A DNA stretch of 63,734 nt, the filler included, from Craspedostauros australis (taxonomy: Eukaryota): assembly GCA_030167865.1 (NCBI GenBank). It is 11 parts of 11 records of this genome, joined end to end, with 100 filler letters (N's around TTAATTAATTAA, not from the genome) between each part and the next. Parts side by side here need not be neighbours in the genome. Positions count along the whole stretch, not along the records: positions 46,408 to 51,882 come from JALAGF010003036.1; positions 51,983 to 53,506 come from JALAGF010003038.1; positions 53,607 to 55,801 come from JALAGF010003039.1; positions 55,902 to 57,285 come from JALAGF010003041.1; positions 57,386 to 61,129 come from JALAGF010003043.1; 6 more parts are not named here. One strand, given 5' to 3'. The notes under the pieces are model-generated. The model worked only from the letters and a program-made list of their open reading frames with translations, was not told where the DNA came from and ran no database searches. Each line of letters starts with the position of its first letter. Positions within the stretch are counted from its first letter, which is position 1. A program made the translations under genes and the position numbers. Positions 47,705-60,900 of the stretch are shown piece after piece.

Positions 47705-50319
47705 TTAGGCAAGACTCTGTTCAGCCGTAACTTCTTCGCTGTGCGGTTCCTTGGTATCTCCACCAGACTTGCTGGCGAGGAAGGCGATGGCACCGACGGC
47801 GGCGATGGCACCAATGACGATACCAGCGATGGCACCTCCAGAAAGACCATCATCATCATCGCTGCTGTTGTCGGCCTCATTTGCATTTCCGACGGTACCA
47901 TCATCGCTTGTCGAAGCGGCAACTGGGGCTCCGGTTGGGGATCCGGTTGTGGCAGGCTTGTAGGTTCCTGCCTGTGGTGGGGCGTAAGTGACACGACCTG
48001 GCCTTCCTGGAAGATCGACGGCGCACTTCAGGGTCTGGGTCTCCATGTTGACGATCTGGAGGGAGTTGGTTGGGAGGTTGGCGATGGAGGCGTCGTACTT
48101 GCCTCCGCGCTTGTGGACGCGGTAGTTCCAGCCGAATCCGCATTCGTTGGAGGACGCAAAGCGGCCCCCAACTGCAACTCCACCGGCATTTGGAATCAAG
48201 TTAGTGGCGGTCAAGGTCCCATCGAGGACTTCGCCCATGTCGAAGCAACGGACTCCGAGGTTGCTCAAGTCCACCACAACTTCTCCACAGCTCCCGCAGG
48301 TTGGTGTGCATGTGCACTTGTCATTCTCGTAGTTGGCCTCAATTGCACATCGGTTGCATGCCTCGAAGTATGGTGCCTCCTTTGCGATCACCTTCGAAAT
48401 GTCGGCTTTGGCGACCTCGCGCAATTTCTCGCCGGACCGAGCGGCTTGGGGGTCGCCTTCGTACATGCAGACACCAGCTGCCACATCCTCCTCCGTCGTG
48501 GCGCCGTCGCAGTTGTTGCTGCGGTCACAAGCCAATGTCTTGTTGGGGTACAGGTGATTGGCGTTTGGATTTCCAGTGAGAGGAGAGCACACGGTGTATT
48601 CGCCCTTGGCGTTTCCGGTGGGGTAGAAGCCAACAGGGGATGGATTTCCCGGTACGTCGACGACGTGCGGGATGCTGGACTTCACGCCGGTGCCCGCCGG
48701 TTCGAACACGGTGATCGTGTTTGCTCCACCGTTCGTAACAACCATGTACGAGCCATCTGGAGTTTCGTTGAGGGCGCCTGTCACGTCTTCGTGCTGGTGA
48801 ACGAACTTGGGGTCTGTGGGCTCGGAGACGTCGAACTCGAGGATGCCGCCGCCTCCGGCACATTCGACATAAAGATGCTCGTTGCTACCGGTGTACGAGA
48901 TAGCGTGAGTTCCGCGGCATGTGGTGTTGTCGGCGAGGTCGTCGATGTAGCTGTAGGTGCTGAGGAGTGTGTTGGTCTCCATATCCATGACGAAGAGGTG
49001 GCGTTCACCTGTGGCCGTAGCGTAGCCGTGCTTCTTGAGATTCTCATCTTCGTCCCACAACAGCTTGCCGTGGCTGCCTTCGTTCACGTAGGCCTTGACG
49101 GGCGCACCTGTGTGCTGATCGATATCATCGAGTTTGATGACGTAGAATTGGCCATCTCCGTCGGAGTGTGTCCAGAACTGTCGGTTGAGGGAGTTAGCGG
49201 TCATACCATGCGGACGTTACGAGTATGACGGTGTGTGTTGCATACAACAGGTGGCGAGTTGCGGGAGGCACAGGGGTGTGGTTTCCGCACGTGTTGAAGG
49301 GACGGAATGGGGGTGTTTCGCCGTTTGGATGTGGAAGGAAGCAAGAGAGAGAGAGAGAGAGAGAGAGTGAGTGAGTGAGTGAGAGAGAGATGATCGACGG
49401 TGAACACCGCGAATGTTGAGAGTATTGCGATTGAGCTGATCATAAGTAGTTGTAGGCAAGCAAGCGAGCGAAGCTTGGACGCATGAATATGGCGACCATT
49501 AGCACTGACACTGGCAATGCAACCCAATGCGAAACGACAAGATGTGGTGCACGGGTGATCGCTTCCAACCCACAGTCCATTGTCGTGGATTGGCGTACCT
49601 CGTCACGTGGGTAGATGCCGTAGCTATGAATCGGGCGTGCCCCAACAATAACTTGGGACACGATTGGGTCATCTGCGTCTGCTGGGTTGGCAGAGAAGAC
49701 GAAGACTTCCCCGGCATCACCGTCTGCACCGTGGTCATCGGTGACGGCGTCGCGCGAGTTGATCATGACGTAACCATTCTTGTTGGCTCCAGTGTTGAAA
49801 CGGTCAGTCCGGTCAGCATTCTTCTCCATGTAAATGACATCGGCCCATTCGCCTGGCAGCGACTTGCCAGACTTGGTTTGGGTAATAGTACGTTCGATGG
49901 TGCAGGAGTCTGGGTCTACAACCGCAACTCCGTTCTCGTAGAAAGCCCAGAACCGTCCACCGCTGACATCTCCGTATTCTTCATCTCCATACTTGACGGC
50001 GGAAGTGAGGAGTGGTGCCGCTAGAAGGGCAGTGAATGCGTTGGTGACTGTGGATCGTGGAGAATCATGTTTGATGTAACATGAGAGTGTTGTTGGAGAG
50101 GTATGAGGGAGGGGAAAGAGAGAGGACGCAAGAGAGTGAGTGGGATGTGTTTGGTGAGGAGAGGCATGATTTGTCAAGTGTGTGTCGGCAAGCTGCATGA
50201 ATGCACTCATGCGTTGGCTTCTCTGTGCAGCGCTACAGACTTGACGGAGCTGTGTAGAGTATGATACAATGTCTTGCACCCCAGAATATTTGATACAAGT
50301 GCATACCTGAGAACTTCAT
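47705..50319 (-). CDS. ISIP1-like cell-surface beta-propeller protein, 3 exons (50319-50307, 50047-49599, 49177-47705), 644 aa
   Basis: Splicing yields signal peptide MKFSVTNAFTALLAAPLLTSA. His motifs GARPIHSY, FWTHSDGDG, HGKLLWD, CRGTHAISY, a Cys-rich insert, an S/T/P stalk and C-terminal TM LSGGAIAGIVIGAIAAVGAIAFLA. The gene model is solid; the ISIP1 label rests on architecture and recalled motifs. Confidence 0.65.
49323..49389. repeat. (GA)n/(GAGT)n microsatellite inside an intron
   Basis: Direct reading of the sequence. Confidence 0.85.
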
Positions 50320-50789
50320 CTCTGCGGGAAGTGAGGTGCGAATGTTTGAGGCCGGGAAACAACACATCGATGTATCGGTTTTCGTATTGGATGTGGTGCC
50401 ATATGATGATTATTGCGTCCCGGGCGGAGATTGGGATCATGGAAGACCGATTCAGCAAGCCGACGATGGGATGGATGAACAGGACGGGTGCAGGCGTGAG
50501 TGAATGAGTGAGCGAGAGGGTTGATCAGGGGATGCGTTGTTGTTGTTGTTGGTGGTGGTCTTGGCCATCCACAAGCACGTAAGCAAGGATGCATGGGCAA
50601 CAGCGTCAATGAAAGGGGGCAAGACGATGATACCGATCCATACAAGGTGCATATCACAGAACTCGCGGCTCGTACAGACCTTGTTATTCCTTGTGTTGGT
50701 TTCAGAGTTGTGGATATCTGGTTTTGTGAGCAGATCTGGGATCCGGAATGTTGCCAGCGAGAGTCTTTGCGCTCTGCTCCGCTCCGCTC

Positions 50790-50797
50790 CACGTGCC
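50790..50797. promoter_or_regulatory. Candidate iron-responsive element CACGTGCC upstream of the ISIP1-like gene
   Basis: Matches the CACGTG(T/C)C motif described for low-iron-induced diatom promoters and lies about 470 bp upstream of the ATG. An 8-mer can occur by chance. Confidence 0.4.
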
Positions 50798-53606
50798 CGC
50801 AGAGTATTCATTTCTGTGAACTCCGTCTGGACCATACCAATACTAACCACTTTCCACGCTCTATCTCTCAGAAGCTCGCAGGGTTAGTGTTGGATTCGAT
50901 TGGCCTTCATTCGGTTCCAACCCAACTGGGATTTCTTCACGATATCTTCTGTTGTTTCGCGAAGGTATCTTCCAAGTCCTCTCTCTCTCTGTCATAGTTG
51001 TAGGCTTTGTCTTGGACTGGATTGGCCTCTTGATTGGGTTCTTTGGGGCAGTTCGGAGTTCCTCCCATCACATCTTGCCAATCTCTTGCTATGTCGTTGA
51101 AGCAGAGTAAAACGGCCTGGAGAGAGAGGGCATGAACACGAATAGCCACGGCCGCAGAGAGCAAAGGAATGAATCAGTGACCCACGGCAAGCACCAGGCT
51201 CAGCCTCGTCCAATCTTCTTGGAAGCAATAGCAAGATCGCTGAGTGTTTGTGTTGGAATCGTAGCGGTTGGTACAGGAATTGGGCATCAGTGGACCGACC
51301 AAACCAAAATGTAGGAATGCAAGGAGTTCTCAAGAACTCCACATACCTGTCCAGGTGGGTCGGGGACGTCTCCACAACTGGCCAGTCCTCCAAGCCCTTG
51401 CACTTTGTGAATGAGGCTAAATGGCGAATGCGAACACATGGACGCATGGCCTATCAACAACGTCATCATTCAGCTAGCGGGCGCCCTGGAAGGACGCTAT
51501 TGCGAGACAGCCGGTATTCGACGTTGCAGTTTCGAATGCCATGACAAAAGAACGCTCCACCTACTCCACCAATAGAGGGGTTCGAGTGGCTATTTTTTGG
51601 CATGGCCGGCGACCCCAGCCAATCAAATGGCTTAGACTTTATCACTTCGACGAGCAAGCCATCCCATTGAAGGGTGAATTGAGGGGAGATTGAGTCAATT
51701 TTCCCGAGCTTTGTTGCGCTTGGGGTTCTCATTTGGAACCGTGTGACGCAGACGATCTGTTCCCTGTCCGATTGATTCTCGTTGTGAACGCTGACAGCGG
51801 CGGTGGGATTGCGTGGTTGGTTTCGCACGAGGAATTGTGGAACTTTGACACTTTCTCAGAAATCACGTATTGAGCAAATAAANNNNNNNNNNNNNNNNNN
51901 NNNNNNNNNNNNNNNNNNNNNNNNNNTTAATTAATTAANNNNNNNNNNNNNNNNNNNNNNNNNNNNNNNNNNNNNNNNNNNNACAACAACGACACACCAT
52001 GTCGCCTCGCATCACATCACAGTCCATGTATGCAATGCAGGGTACTCATGCAGTGATTGTAATATTATAAATATAAGCACTTATATCATCCCATTATGGT
52101 GTTTAGAGTAGACTTGTAAATTTTTAAGCTCCTGGGACTTGTCAAAACAAAGTTATTGTTTTGTTGTAGCCTATGGCTAGAAACGTTAGGCATGCGGACG
52201 CAAAGGGGCAGCTGCAGCTCAAAATCTCCAGTCGTGCTTCTACTTGTGCCGAGTCGTGTCCACCATGGACACACTCACATTTCTCGCGGGTGGGGCGGTT
52301 GGCTGCAAAGCAATATCATGGACTGCGCAGTGGCAGTAGACATGATGAGGCTGCTGCTTCGTCTGGGCTTTGGATTGGTGGAAGACATGTAGAGAGCTGT
52401 AAATACGTTGGTTGGCAGGTTGCAGGCTCCATGCTATCCACAGGTGGTACACCCCAATGTAGCCTTTCCCCTCACCCTTATCTTGACCTGGACCCTGCCT
52501 TGTTCTCGGTTCTGCCGCTGTTCATGGCCCAAGAGGTTGACCCTACTCCATGTCCCAATCAGCACACACTGCCTTCCCTCCATATTCCCACTCTATTCTG
52601 CAGCCTCGTCCTCGCTTCAGGTCTATTCCCTGCCAGCGTGTTTGGACCTCCTCTCTGCTTGTCGTCGCCAACAGCCATTGTTGGATTCTGGCCGTTGTTC
52701 ATCTGCTCTCCTTGTGGCTTCTTATTTCGGTGTCAATGAACCTGCAAGCACACGAATCACAACACGAGAAACAACAAGGAAAGCAACACTGCCGCCACCA
52801 GTTGCTTTCCGCACCGTGCCAACAGCTTGCAGATGACCATGACGTCCCTTGTCCAATGGGAGCAAAGCAGGTTGCACAGGACTTTGTATTAACAAACTAA
52901 GCTAAGTGTTACAGAATATTATATTTTGCATTCCCTCGGATACATCACTGTGCTCCATTAAATTATATTGTGTTGTGTAGTATTCGCAAGTGTCGCTGTT
53001 GCTGTGGATGCACAGGGATGCTACCACCAAGGCTGTGGTGATTGACACAACACGCACAAAAGAAGGAAACGCCCAACCGAGCCAAATCACCAACAGCGTG
53101 AGAATCAAAGAGGACACCATCCATAACGTTGGATACCAACGCAGTCTGACATCGACCGTCAATGACGTCATCATTTTCGTCCACGGTGAAGACAAGCCAG
53201 CCAGGTATTTGTGTCGTTCAATAAAGCTAAATACATCTAACCCTAATGAACAACACGCCGTATCGTTATCTAAAAATATCACGATGTACGATATCAAATC
53301 CGCAGGATCGTACGTGCGGACGCTGAATGGGGCCAAACGTGGAAAAAGACAACTGATCAAGCCTGTTCTTCGTTTTGCTGATTGGTATTGCGCTAGGCTA
53401 CTCTAGAGAGAGTGTTGCTTGATGGTATTCCAAATCTGCTTGCAGCTCTTCTTCTTTGGCGATGCTTGATGGATGACAAGATAATGAATAAACTTCTGAT
53501 ACAATCNNNNNNNNNNNNNNNNNNNNNNNNNNNNNNNNNNNNNNNNNNNNTTAATTAATTAANNNNNNNNNNNNNNNNNNNNNNNNNNNNNNNNNNNNNN
53601 NNNNNN

Positions 53607-55801
53607 GTAGCTTCCGTTGAGCGTTTGCTCCGCCGCTTCGGTCACCCCGAGATACCCGAATTCTCTTGCCAGCTGGCCGTGCATGAACGGCGTGTTCTCG
53701 GTTTGCCGAAATCGTTTCTTGTTNTCTTCCATGCATCCTTTCTCGATGTCTTCTTTGCTGGTCCGTTCCACCCACTGCCCGTTCCCGTCCGGTGCTATCA
53801 CCATGGATATACCTGCCATCGCATTTTCGCCTGTGGCCATTCGTATCCTCCGATATGTTGCCCGCACTCTCTCCTTCGTCCTCAGCTGACGTAGTTGCTG
53901 CGATGTCGCTTCTCCAACCTCTCTTTCTTCTCTTCCTCTTTTGTTGCTTCGCTGCTGTTCCCCTCTTCGTCTCATTTCCTCCCCACCTCTCGCTTCCGCT
54001 AGTCCTTCTAACCAGTTCTCTCTTGCTTTCGTCGCTCTTGTTCTGAACTGCTTAAGGTTCCCATACGCTGATTCCTGTTCCTTTGCTACCTCCTCGTTGG
54101 CACATCTCATCAGTTCTTGTACCTTACGCGTTTCCCCTGCTCTCTTCGCCAGTCTCACGATGGTTTTCGACGAGATGTTGGCTCCTCGTTGCTTTCTCAC
54201 CACGTTGTTCCATAGCCCGATGTTGGCTTCAATCCGTTTGTACTCTTTCGAGTATGGTATGCCTCCCATCCTTAGTCTGCGGCACGCCTTGTCGGCTTTC
54301 CATATTCCTTCCACACGAATTCTGTCAAGTTTCTCTGCCTCCTTCTCCATTTTCGTCGTCCATTCTTCTGATGCCGCTCGTTCCAGTCGGAACGCCCGTG
54401 TCCTTGCTTTGTGTTGTTTCAAGTGCGCTTCGTAGGCGTCGTTGAACTTCTTTACAATCCTTGGGTCTTCCGTCTTCACTCTCCTCGACACCGCCTTGCG
54501 CAAGGTTGGCATTGATTGCCCGAGCACCGCGATCATGCTGACGTCGATCCACAGGCATCGGTGGTCTGCTTGCCTCATTTGTATTCCCTCGTCCCATTCG
54601 CTTGCTCCTGCCCCTTCGATCCGAACTCCTGCTGTAGCGAAGATTCCATCGATAGGCACTTTTCCTAGTCGATGCGTTGGCAATCGACTGACTTCTTCAC
54701 CTGCGCATTCCATCGTGTTGGTTAGCCCTGTGGCCTCTTGGAATTGCCGCATTGTGGCCGAATTCGTGTCTTCGTTGCAGTCCATTGCCACGATTACATG
54801 GTCGCCTTCCTCTCTCCACGCCTGAATCGCTTTCTGAAGGTCCTCTATCATCGCCGCTCGAGGCTCCTTGTCCATCTTCTTCTCATTGAAGTACCGCCGT
54901 TGTTGTGCATGTGTGTTCAAGAATCCCTTGCTTCGCGGTCTGCACGGTCTATACGCTGTTATCACTCGGAGCGTTTGCTGATTTGCTCCGCGGTATCGTT
55001 GCCACACCCATCGCCCCAACTTGGTTGGGTCTTCGCCTTGTCCCATGATGCGGATTGCCGCTTGGAATCTGCTGATCATTGCCACTCCTCCCCACTGTTT
55101 GTTTTGCGTGGGTTCGTTGGTCGTATTATTCGCCGTCTTCGCCACTGCCGTTCCTGTTGGCCACCATTCCTGTATCCGCCCTTTGAGTGTGTGCTCTGTT
55201 GATGCCGTCCTCCAGTCCACATTCACCTCCGTGATCCCGAATACGTCGAATTCGCCCTCGTTCATCCACCTCTTCAATCCTTCGTCAACTACTCCTGGTC
55301 TCCTTCCGAGTCCTCCGAAGTTCTGCAACCCTATCCTCAGTTGCCCTGTTCGCTTCCTCAGCATTCTCCTCCTCACCCGAGTCATCCTTCCCCCTTCGTC
55401 CGTGTCCTGTCGTCTGCTGCTATTGGGTTGTTGCGGTATAACCTCCCGATCCGCAGGCGCTTGTTGTGGGCTCTGAGTCGTTCGTCGTGCTGCCACCGAC
55501 TGTTGCTCTTGCCCTTCTGGTCTAACCATTCGCCGAGTCCCCTCGCGGTTCCTCAGCTCGTTGCGTCTCGTGCGCCTCTTCCCGGTCGTCACCCGTTCCG
55601 ATGGTTTGTGTTGTGCACTGGACCGTCTGTGGCCTTACTCCAATGTTTTTTCGCGGCTTTTCTGCCGCCTTGAGCGCCTCGTTCTCTGCCTTCGTGGTTA
55701 CCACCAGTTGTTTCAGCTCTTCCATTTGCTGTTGCATGGCGGCCATCATCGCTCGTGTAGTTCCGGTTGTTCGCCCGGTACTTCCCGACAATGTCGATGT
55801 C
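53607..55801 (-). mobile_element. Non-LTR retrotransposon (Ambal-like), second copy: ORF1 end (to 55522) and uninterrupted ORF2 APE region, cut by gaps
   Basis: Same APE motifs as 33783-35236 (LRIGLQNFGGL, GITEVNVDW, AMDCNED, DHRCLWID), continuing to NKKRFRQTENTPFM. Confidence 0.9.
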
Positions 55802-55901
55802 NNNNNNNNNNNNNNNNNNNNNNNNNNNNNNNNNNNNNNNNNNNNTTAATTAATTAANNNNNNNNNNNNNNNNNNNNNNNNNNNNNNNNNNNNNNNNNNN
55901 N

Positions 55902-56625
55902 CCATCCAAAGCCCGATCCGCGCAACGAAAGAATATCAGATTTGAAATTGACCGGGATCATGGTGGCGAGCACACTGCTGTACGCCGTCACGCTGCTCGT
56001 TGCAGCAATCAGCTTCATCCCAGCCTTTGAGCTATGGATGAATGTCATCAAGCCGCAGTCATCAGTCGAGGCGGTCCCACTGGTGGTGCTTTCGGTCATC
56101 ATCCAGACCATCGTGTGGACCATACTCTTGCGTGTGCACTCGCTGATCACATTCGCGGGAAGCAATGAGCGAACGGCGCCATGGTGCTTGCCGCTGTACA
56201 TGGTGTACCAATCATTCACTTACTCCGTCCACAATTGGTCGCTGTATCCCATGCTCTGGGGAACACCGATGATCAACAGCGTTCTCCGATTTCGTGGGGT
56301 CAATGTTGAAGGTCGCTTGCTGTACTTCGGCTTCCGCCTGTACGAGCCGACCTACGTCACCTTCGCGGATGGATGCGTCGTCGACGAGTGTTTAATCAGC
56401 GGCCACTGTGGTATATTCTCCCAACTGACTTTGGGGCAGTCGTACGTCAGCGGAGTGTTGCATCAAAATTGTGCCATCATGATGTCGACAAAGACGGCAG
56501 CAACCGCGGACGAAGCAAGATTGACTGAGCATGGACCTCAACATCTCCTCATGAACTCGGATGAATCGCTGGTTGGAGGACAAGCACGAACCTCCAAGGA
56601 GATGATCCATTCAGACACAGCCTGA
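55902..56625 (+). CDS. C-terminal fragment of a Pls/PosA-like membrane NRPS (TM helices plus hexapeptide-like terminal domain)
   Basis: TM segments followed by LWGTPMINSVLRFRGVNV...LYEPTYVTFADGCVVDECLISGH...LTLGQSYVSG, matching the GTP-xxxx-LRxxG terminal repeat pattern. The 5' part is in the gap. Confidence 0.6.
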
Positions 56626-56883
56626 GGCCACAGGATGCAAGAACGGTGTCATACACGTACACCATGACGTCGAGAAGCAGAGGGCTGCGCGATCGAGAGA
56701 TTGAGCTGCGATGATTGCAGTCAGATCGATACGTGCAGTGCTGTTGCCCTTCCAATCACAATACCATACGCACTAGTACGGGCAGCGCGGTAGCAATTAT
56801 TCAAAGTAGCTTTGGAGTCTCCCGATAGACAATGTCTTCATGTTCGTCTACAAACGTGCGCGAAGATGGAGATAAGCCCTACT

Positions 56884-57285
56884 CTAGATGTTATCCTGAC
56901 ACAGTTTGATGAGCTCCTCGAAAGGATCTTCGGTACCTGCCGTCCCGCTCAATGCGCCCGTCAATGATGCCAGATGCACCGTGTCTATCGGTGCACGGTA
57001 GCTTGCCAATGGATCCTGTCGTATCTGCTGGTCCGTCTCAACCACACGAACGATGGGGATGTCGGTGGATGTGGACGACATGATGGTGCTGCGGCCTTGG
57101 TCGTTCATGGGAGCACTGTTTGGACTGTGTGCATTGTCGGCAGCATTCGAACCATCGGCATCCATCGTTCGCAGCTCCTCCCATTCGAAAAGCAGTGAAT
57201 CTGTCTGATCGGACCATGGATTGAAATCCATCAACCACACGCGGTCCTTCTTGTCGATGTAGACATCGAATACGTAGTTTTCGAT
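56884..57285 (-). CDS. CDC123: CDC123 (D123) C-terminal fragment
   Basis: Minus strand reads [36 protein letters not shown]. Confidence 0.88.
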   Translation of the reverse strand: MENYVFDVYIDKKDRVWLMDFNPWSDQTDSLLFEWEELRTMDADGSNAADNAHSPNSAPMNDQGRSTIMSSTSTDIPIVRVVETDQQIRQDPLASYRAPIDTVHLASLTGALSGTAGTEDPFEELIKLCQDNI

Positions 57286-57913
57286 NNNNNNNNNNNNNNN
57301 NNNNNNNNNNNNNNNNNNNNNNNNNNNNNTTAATTAATTAANNNNNNNNNNNNNNNNNNNNNNNNNNNNNNNNNNNNNNNNNNNNAGTAGTGCTCTTGGA
57401 AGTCCACTCCTGCGACTTGTGAATAGCCACATGCAACGAGCCGCGCTCGATGTGTGCCGTCACGCTTCATATCCACGGTGATTTTTCGTCGCGATAATGG
57501 ACCCAAGATGCGTCAGGACGCAAATCTGGAGACAATTTTCGACTTTTTGCGTCAGGACGCAAATGGAGAATTAGTGTGGCAATTTAACACGACAAACAAA
57601 TCCCATCGACTTGTTGGACTCACCACCACAAAACTCCCTTGGGCTGATCAGTTCATTATTCCCTGCGAATCGACTGGGAGTCAATGCCTTGCGCACTGTT
57701 CAGCTGTCAGACCACCATCTTACTTCGATCTACATTGGTACAGTCCTAATCTTCACTACTATTTGTGTTGGATGTTACCCTGCTTACATTTGCCATGCTT
57801 GTGTTGTTGGTGGGAGCCGTTTATGCTTGCTTTTGTGCCAATGTTGCATCTCGGCGCGGATGCTACTGTCAGTTGCGAGCAAGCGTACGCGCACCCTCCC
57901 TTTCTCTCCATCT

Positions 57914-60900
57914 TCACAGTTTCGATCTTTGCCCAGTGCATTCTGCCAAGGTGCGATGCCTTGTCGTCGCACGAGTTCGTCTCCTTTGCACTGGCAGGTC
58001 GGTTGTGGGGCTCCTGCTTCTTTTCCTTTCCTGCTTCTTCTGTAGTCGAGTCCGTGGCCGGTTGCATCTTGGTTCAGGGGCTTGAGGCTGCACATTATTG
58101 TCCTTCGGCTTCTTCTGTGCGCTATTCATGGCATTCCACTTCTTGTAATCATTCTCCACCTTCGTTGTCCATGACCTGTCTGCGCCATGCAGCATGCGAT
58201 AACATGTGTTCGATGCAATGATCTCTTCGTTGTCGACAACGAGGTTGTTCATTGTCAATTTGCTTGTGATTCCACAATCCTTCTCCCACCGTATGTGGCC
58301 TGCTGTTGGGGCAACACATGCAAACATGTGACATTCCATGCACATCCATTTCGTGTGTACTCCGCAGACGACACATTCTTTTCGAGCCTTCACGCAATGG
58401 ATCGGCTCATGGTTGCCCTCTGCAAGGCGTTCGTTCAGAGCGACACCCTCCTGAGGCAGCGCATCGCCTGTCATTGACAGCAACTTCCGTATCTCGTCAT
58501 TACTATGCGTCTTTGCTCTCTCCTGCGAGGGTCTTCCATCGTACACACGCTGTGTTCCATTCGGTTCCACTGGAGGGGCGACAGCGTTGAACGCCTGGGT
58601 GCGCTGCATGTGAGTTTCTGCGTCTGCAGCTCGTTCAGTCATCCACGCCACTGTATCCCCCATCACTCTGCATAAGATCTCCATCGATGCAGCAACGGAT
58701 TGCCTCTTGTTGACCATGCTTCTGTAGTGTCTGATGGTTGGCGTTGCATCCAGATCTGCATTGGTATGTATGTCCGGTGTGCAGCAGTAATGCATGAGCT
58801 TGTGAAGGAACAGCATCACTACCTCCAAGATTCGCACCACAGCATTACATTGAAAAGTAGAATATGGTGGGTGAGGTTGGTGCTGCCGAATCATACGCGT
58901 CATCACATCCGAGCCACCCTTGAATCCGTTCCACCGTGCAATCACGCCTGGAACAAACGTGTGTGTTCTTGGAACTGGTATTGCCAACTCCTGACATGCC
59001 CTCCAGATATATAGCTGGTGAAAAACATCTTCTTTTGTCAGGGCAGCAATGTGGTGGCCGCCAGATCCTTTCTTGTTGCCGTGTCTATCCGAGAGAAGAT
59101 ACTCCTCCAACATCTTGCCCGAGGACGTCGAAGTCGGGTGCACACCTTCGTCAGTGTACGCAAACGTCAAACCCAGCCGATACATATCCCTCAAGACGAT
59201 ACCATAAGATTGCAGGAGAGATGGTTTGAATCTTGTTGAGAGGGATCTAAGGATTTCAGCCGTCGAACCACCTACCAGCAACATGAGTGCATCGGTAGTA
59301 TGGCGATTGCAGCCAGTAGCGGAGACCAAGGGCAGGTGATGTGAGTATATCATGTTGGGACTGTTGCGTTGCATACAATCCAACTGCGCCGGATCACGTA
59401 CCAATTACGACCATCGCACCAGGCACCCCGAAGACGTACGAATGATGCAACAGCTGGATCATTTCTGACTTGTGCTGGAACATTGCCCGCCATGCCTCTC
59501 CCTCAGCATCGCGAAAGACATGCTCGTCCTCACTGAAACCGAACGAAATGCTTGCATTGCGCTGTTGTTGCTTCTCTCTGTCTTCTGTATTCGTCTTTGT
59601 GCGCGTCTTCATCTCCACGACGAACACCTCGTCTGTGCCATCATCCAGTGGGTCTCCCACAATGGCCAGGAAGTCCACGGAAGCTCGAGCGTACTTCTCT
59701 GTGCTTTTGGCCACAATGCCAGCACGGTATGCGGCTTTCACACGACGAGCATCACCACCAACCCCAACACACTCCATGGCTGCCTTCATGAGTGGGAGTT
59801 CATTTGCATGTCCGATTTTCGCATTCTTTGCTGCCTTGCCTTTCAACCCCTTCATAAACCACGATTGTAGCTGCATGGTTGTGACCTTGTACTTCGGTGC
59901 TTGCATCCATGGCGTGTCACCAGTTGTTTCAGTGGAGGAGGTCGCTGGCTCCAGGCGTTTCTCCATATCGATGAGCTCCAATGTCACCATCCTGTCCATC
60001 AGTGTGCTTTTCATGTCTTTGTCTAGCTTGGACTTTGGCAGTCGACCTAGTAATCGTTTCTTTAGAATGGCTTCAGTGAAAGCCACGAATCGTCGCCGCA
60101 CCTTGTTTTCTTCCTCCAGTACAGTTTGAAGCGTCTTGAATTGCGTTGGTCGGCGGCGCTTGATTTTATTCCCATAGAACAGGTGCATGAGAGCGGTCAG
60201 GTCCCCGTCAGAGATGGCGTCTGTATCTTCTTCTGCCCTGAGAAGACTTGCTTCGAGATCCCTTGAATCCTGTGCAGGGTCTGTCAACTGTTGGTACATC
60301 ATCACAGCTTTCATTCTTGTACTCTCTGTTGCGACGTCGTTGGTGTACTGCTGCTTCTTGCCATCGACGTCGAAGCCAATGTAGCGACCAACCTGTTCCC
60401 ATGCAGCCTGGTTGAAGGTTGCCTGGTTGTTGGAGTTGCACCATTCACCACTGCTGAGAATGGCGTCGATAATGTGGTAGGTTGATGTGCTCGTAAAGGC
60501 AAACCGCCTCTGCATGAACCAGAGGTGATCACCCTGCTCGCACGTCAGCCCGTCGACGTGAAGATCCCATACCTTTCCTGCCCAGCGTTCCTGAACCATT
60601 TCTGCTGTGGTGGCAGCGCAACTCAGGGGATTGTTCTGAGGCAGGGAGGCCGCGGCCGCCACTGTTGATGACAGCTTCAGGTTGATCAAGGCACCTTGGA
60701 AGTAGTGAGGGTACAGCGGAGATCTTGGATTGTCTCCATCCTTCTTGGCTACCATGTCTTGGTACATGCGCAGATCCCGTTGATGGAGGAGGTTGAGGTC
60801 CCATTGGAACCGCGGAGCCTTTGTGGACAAGGCTAGAACATTTTTCTTGTTGTGACGGTAGGAGTAGCAGGTAAGTTGTTTCTTACTGATGCTGTTGGTT

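Noticed and set aside
47741..49228. 495-aa plus-strand ORF
   Set aside because: Antisense shadow of the codon-biased ISIP1-like exon.
52990..53406. 138-aa ORF in an AT-richer small contig
   Set aside because: No family recognised and no supportable gene structure.
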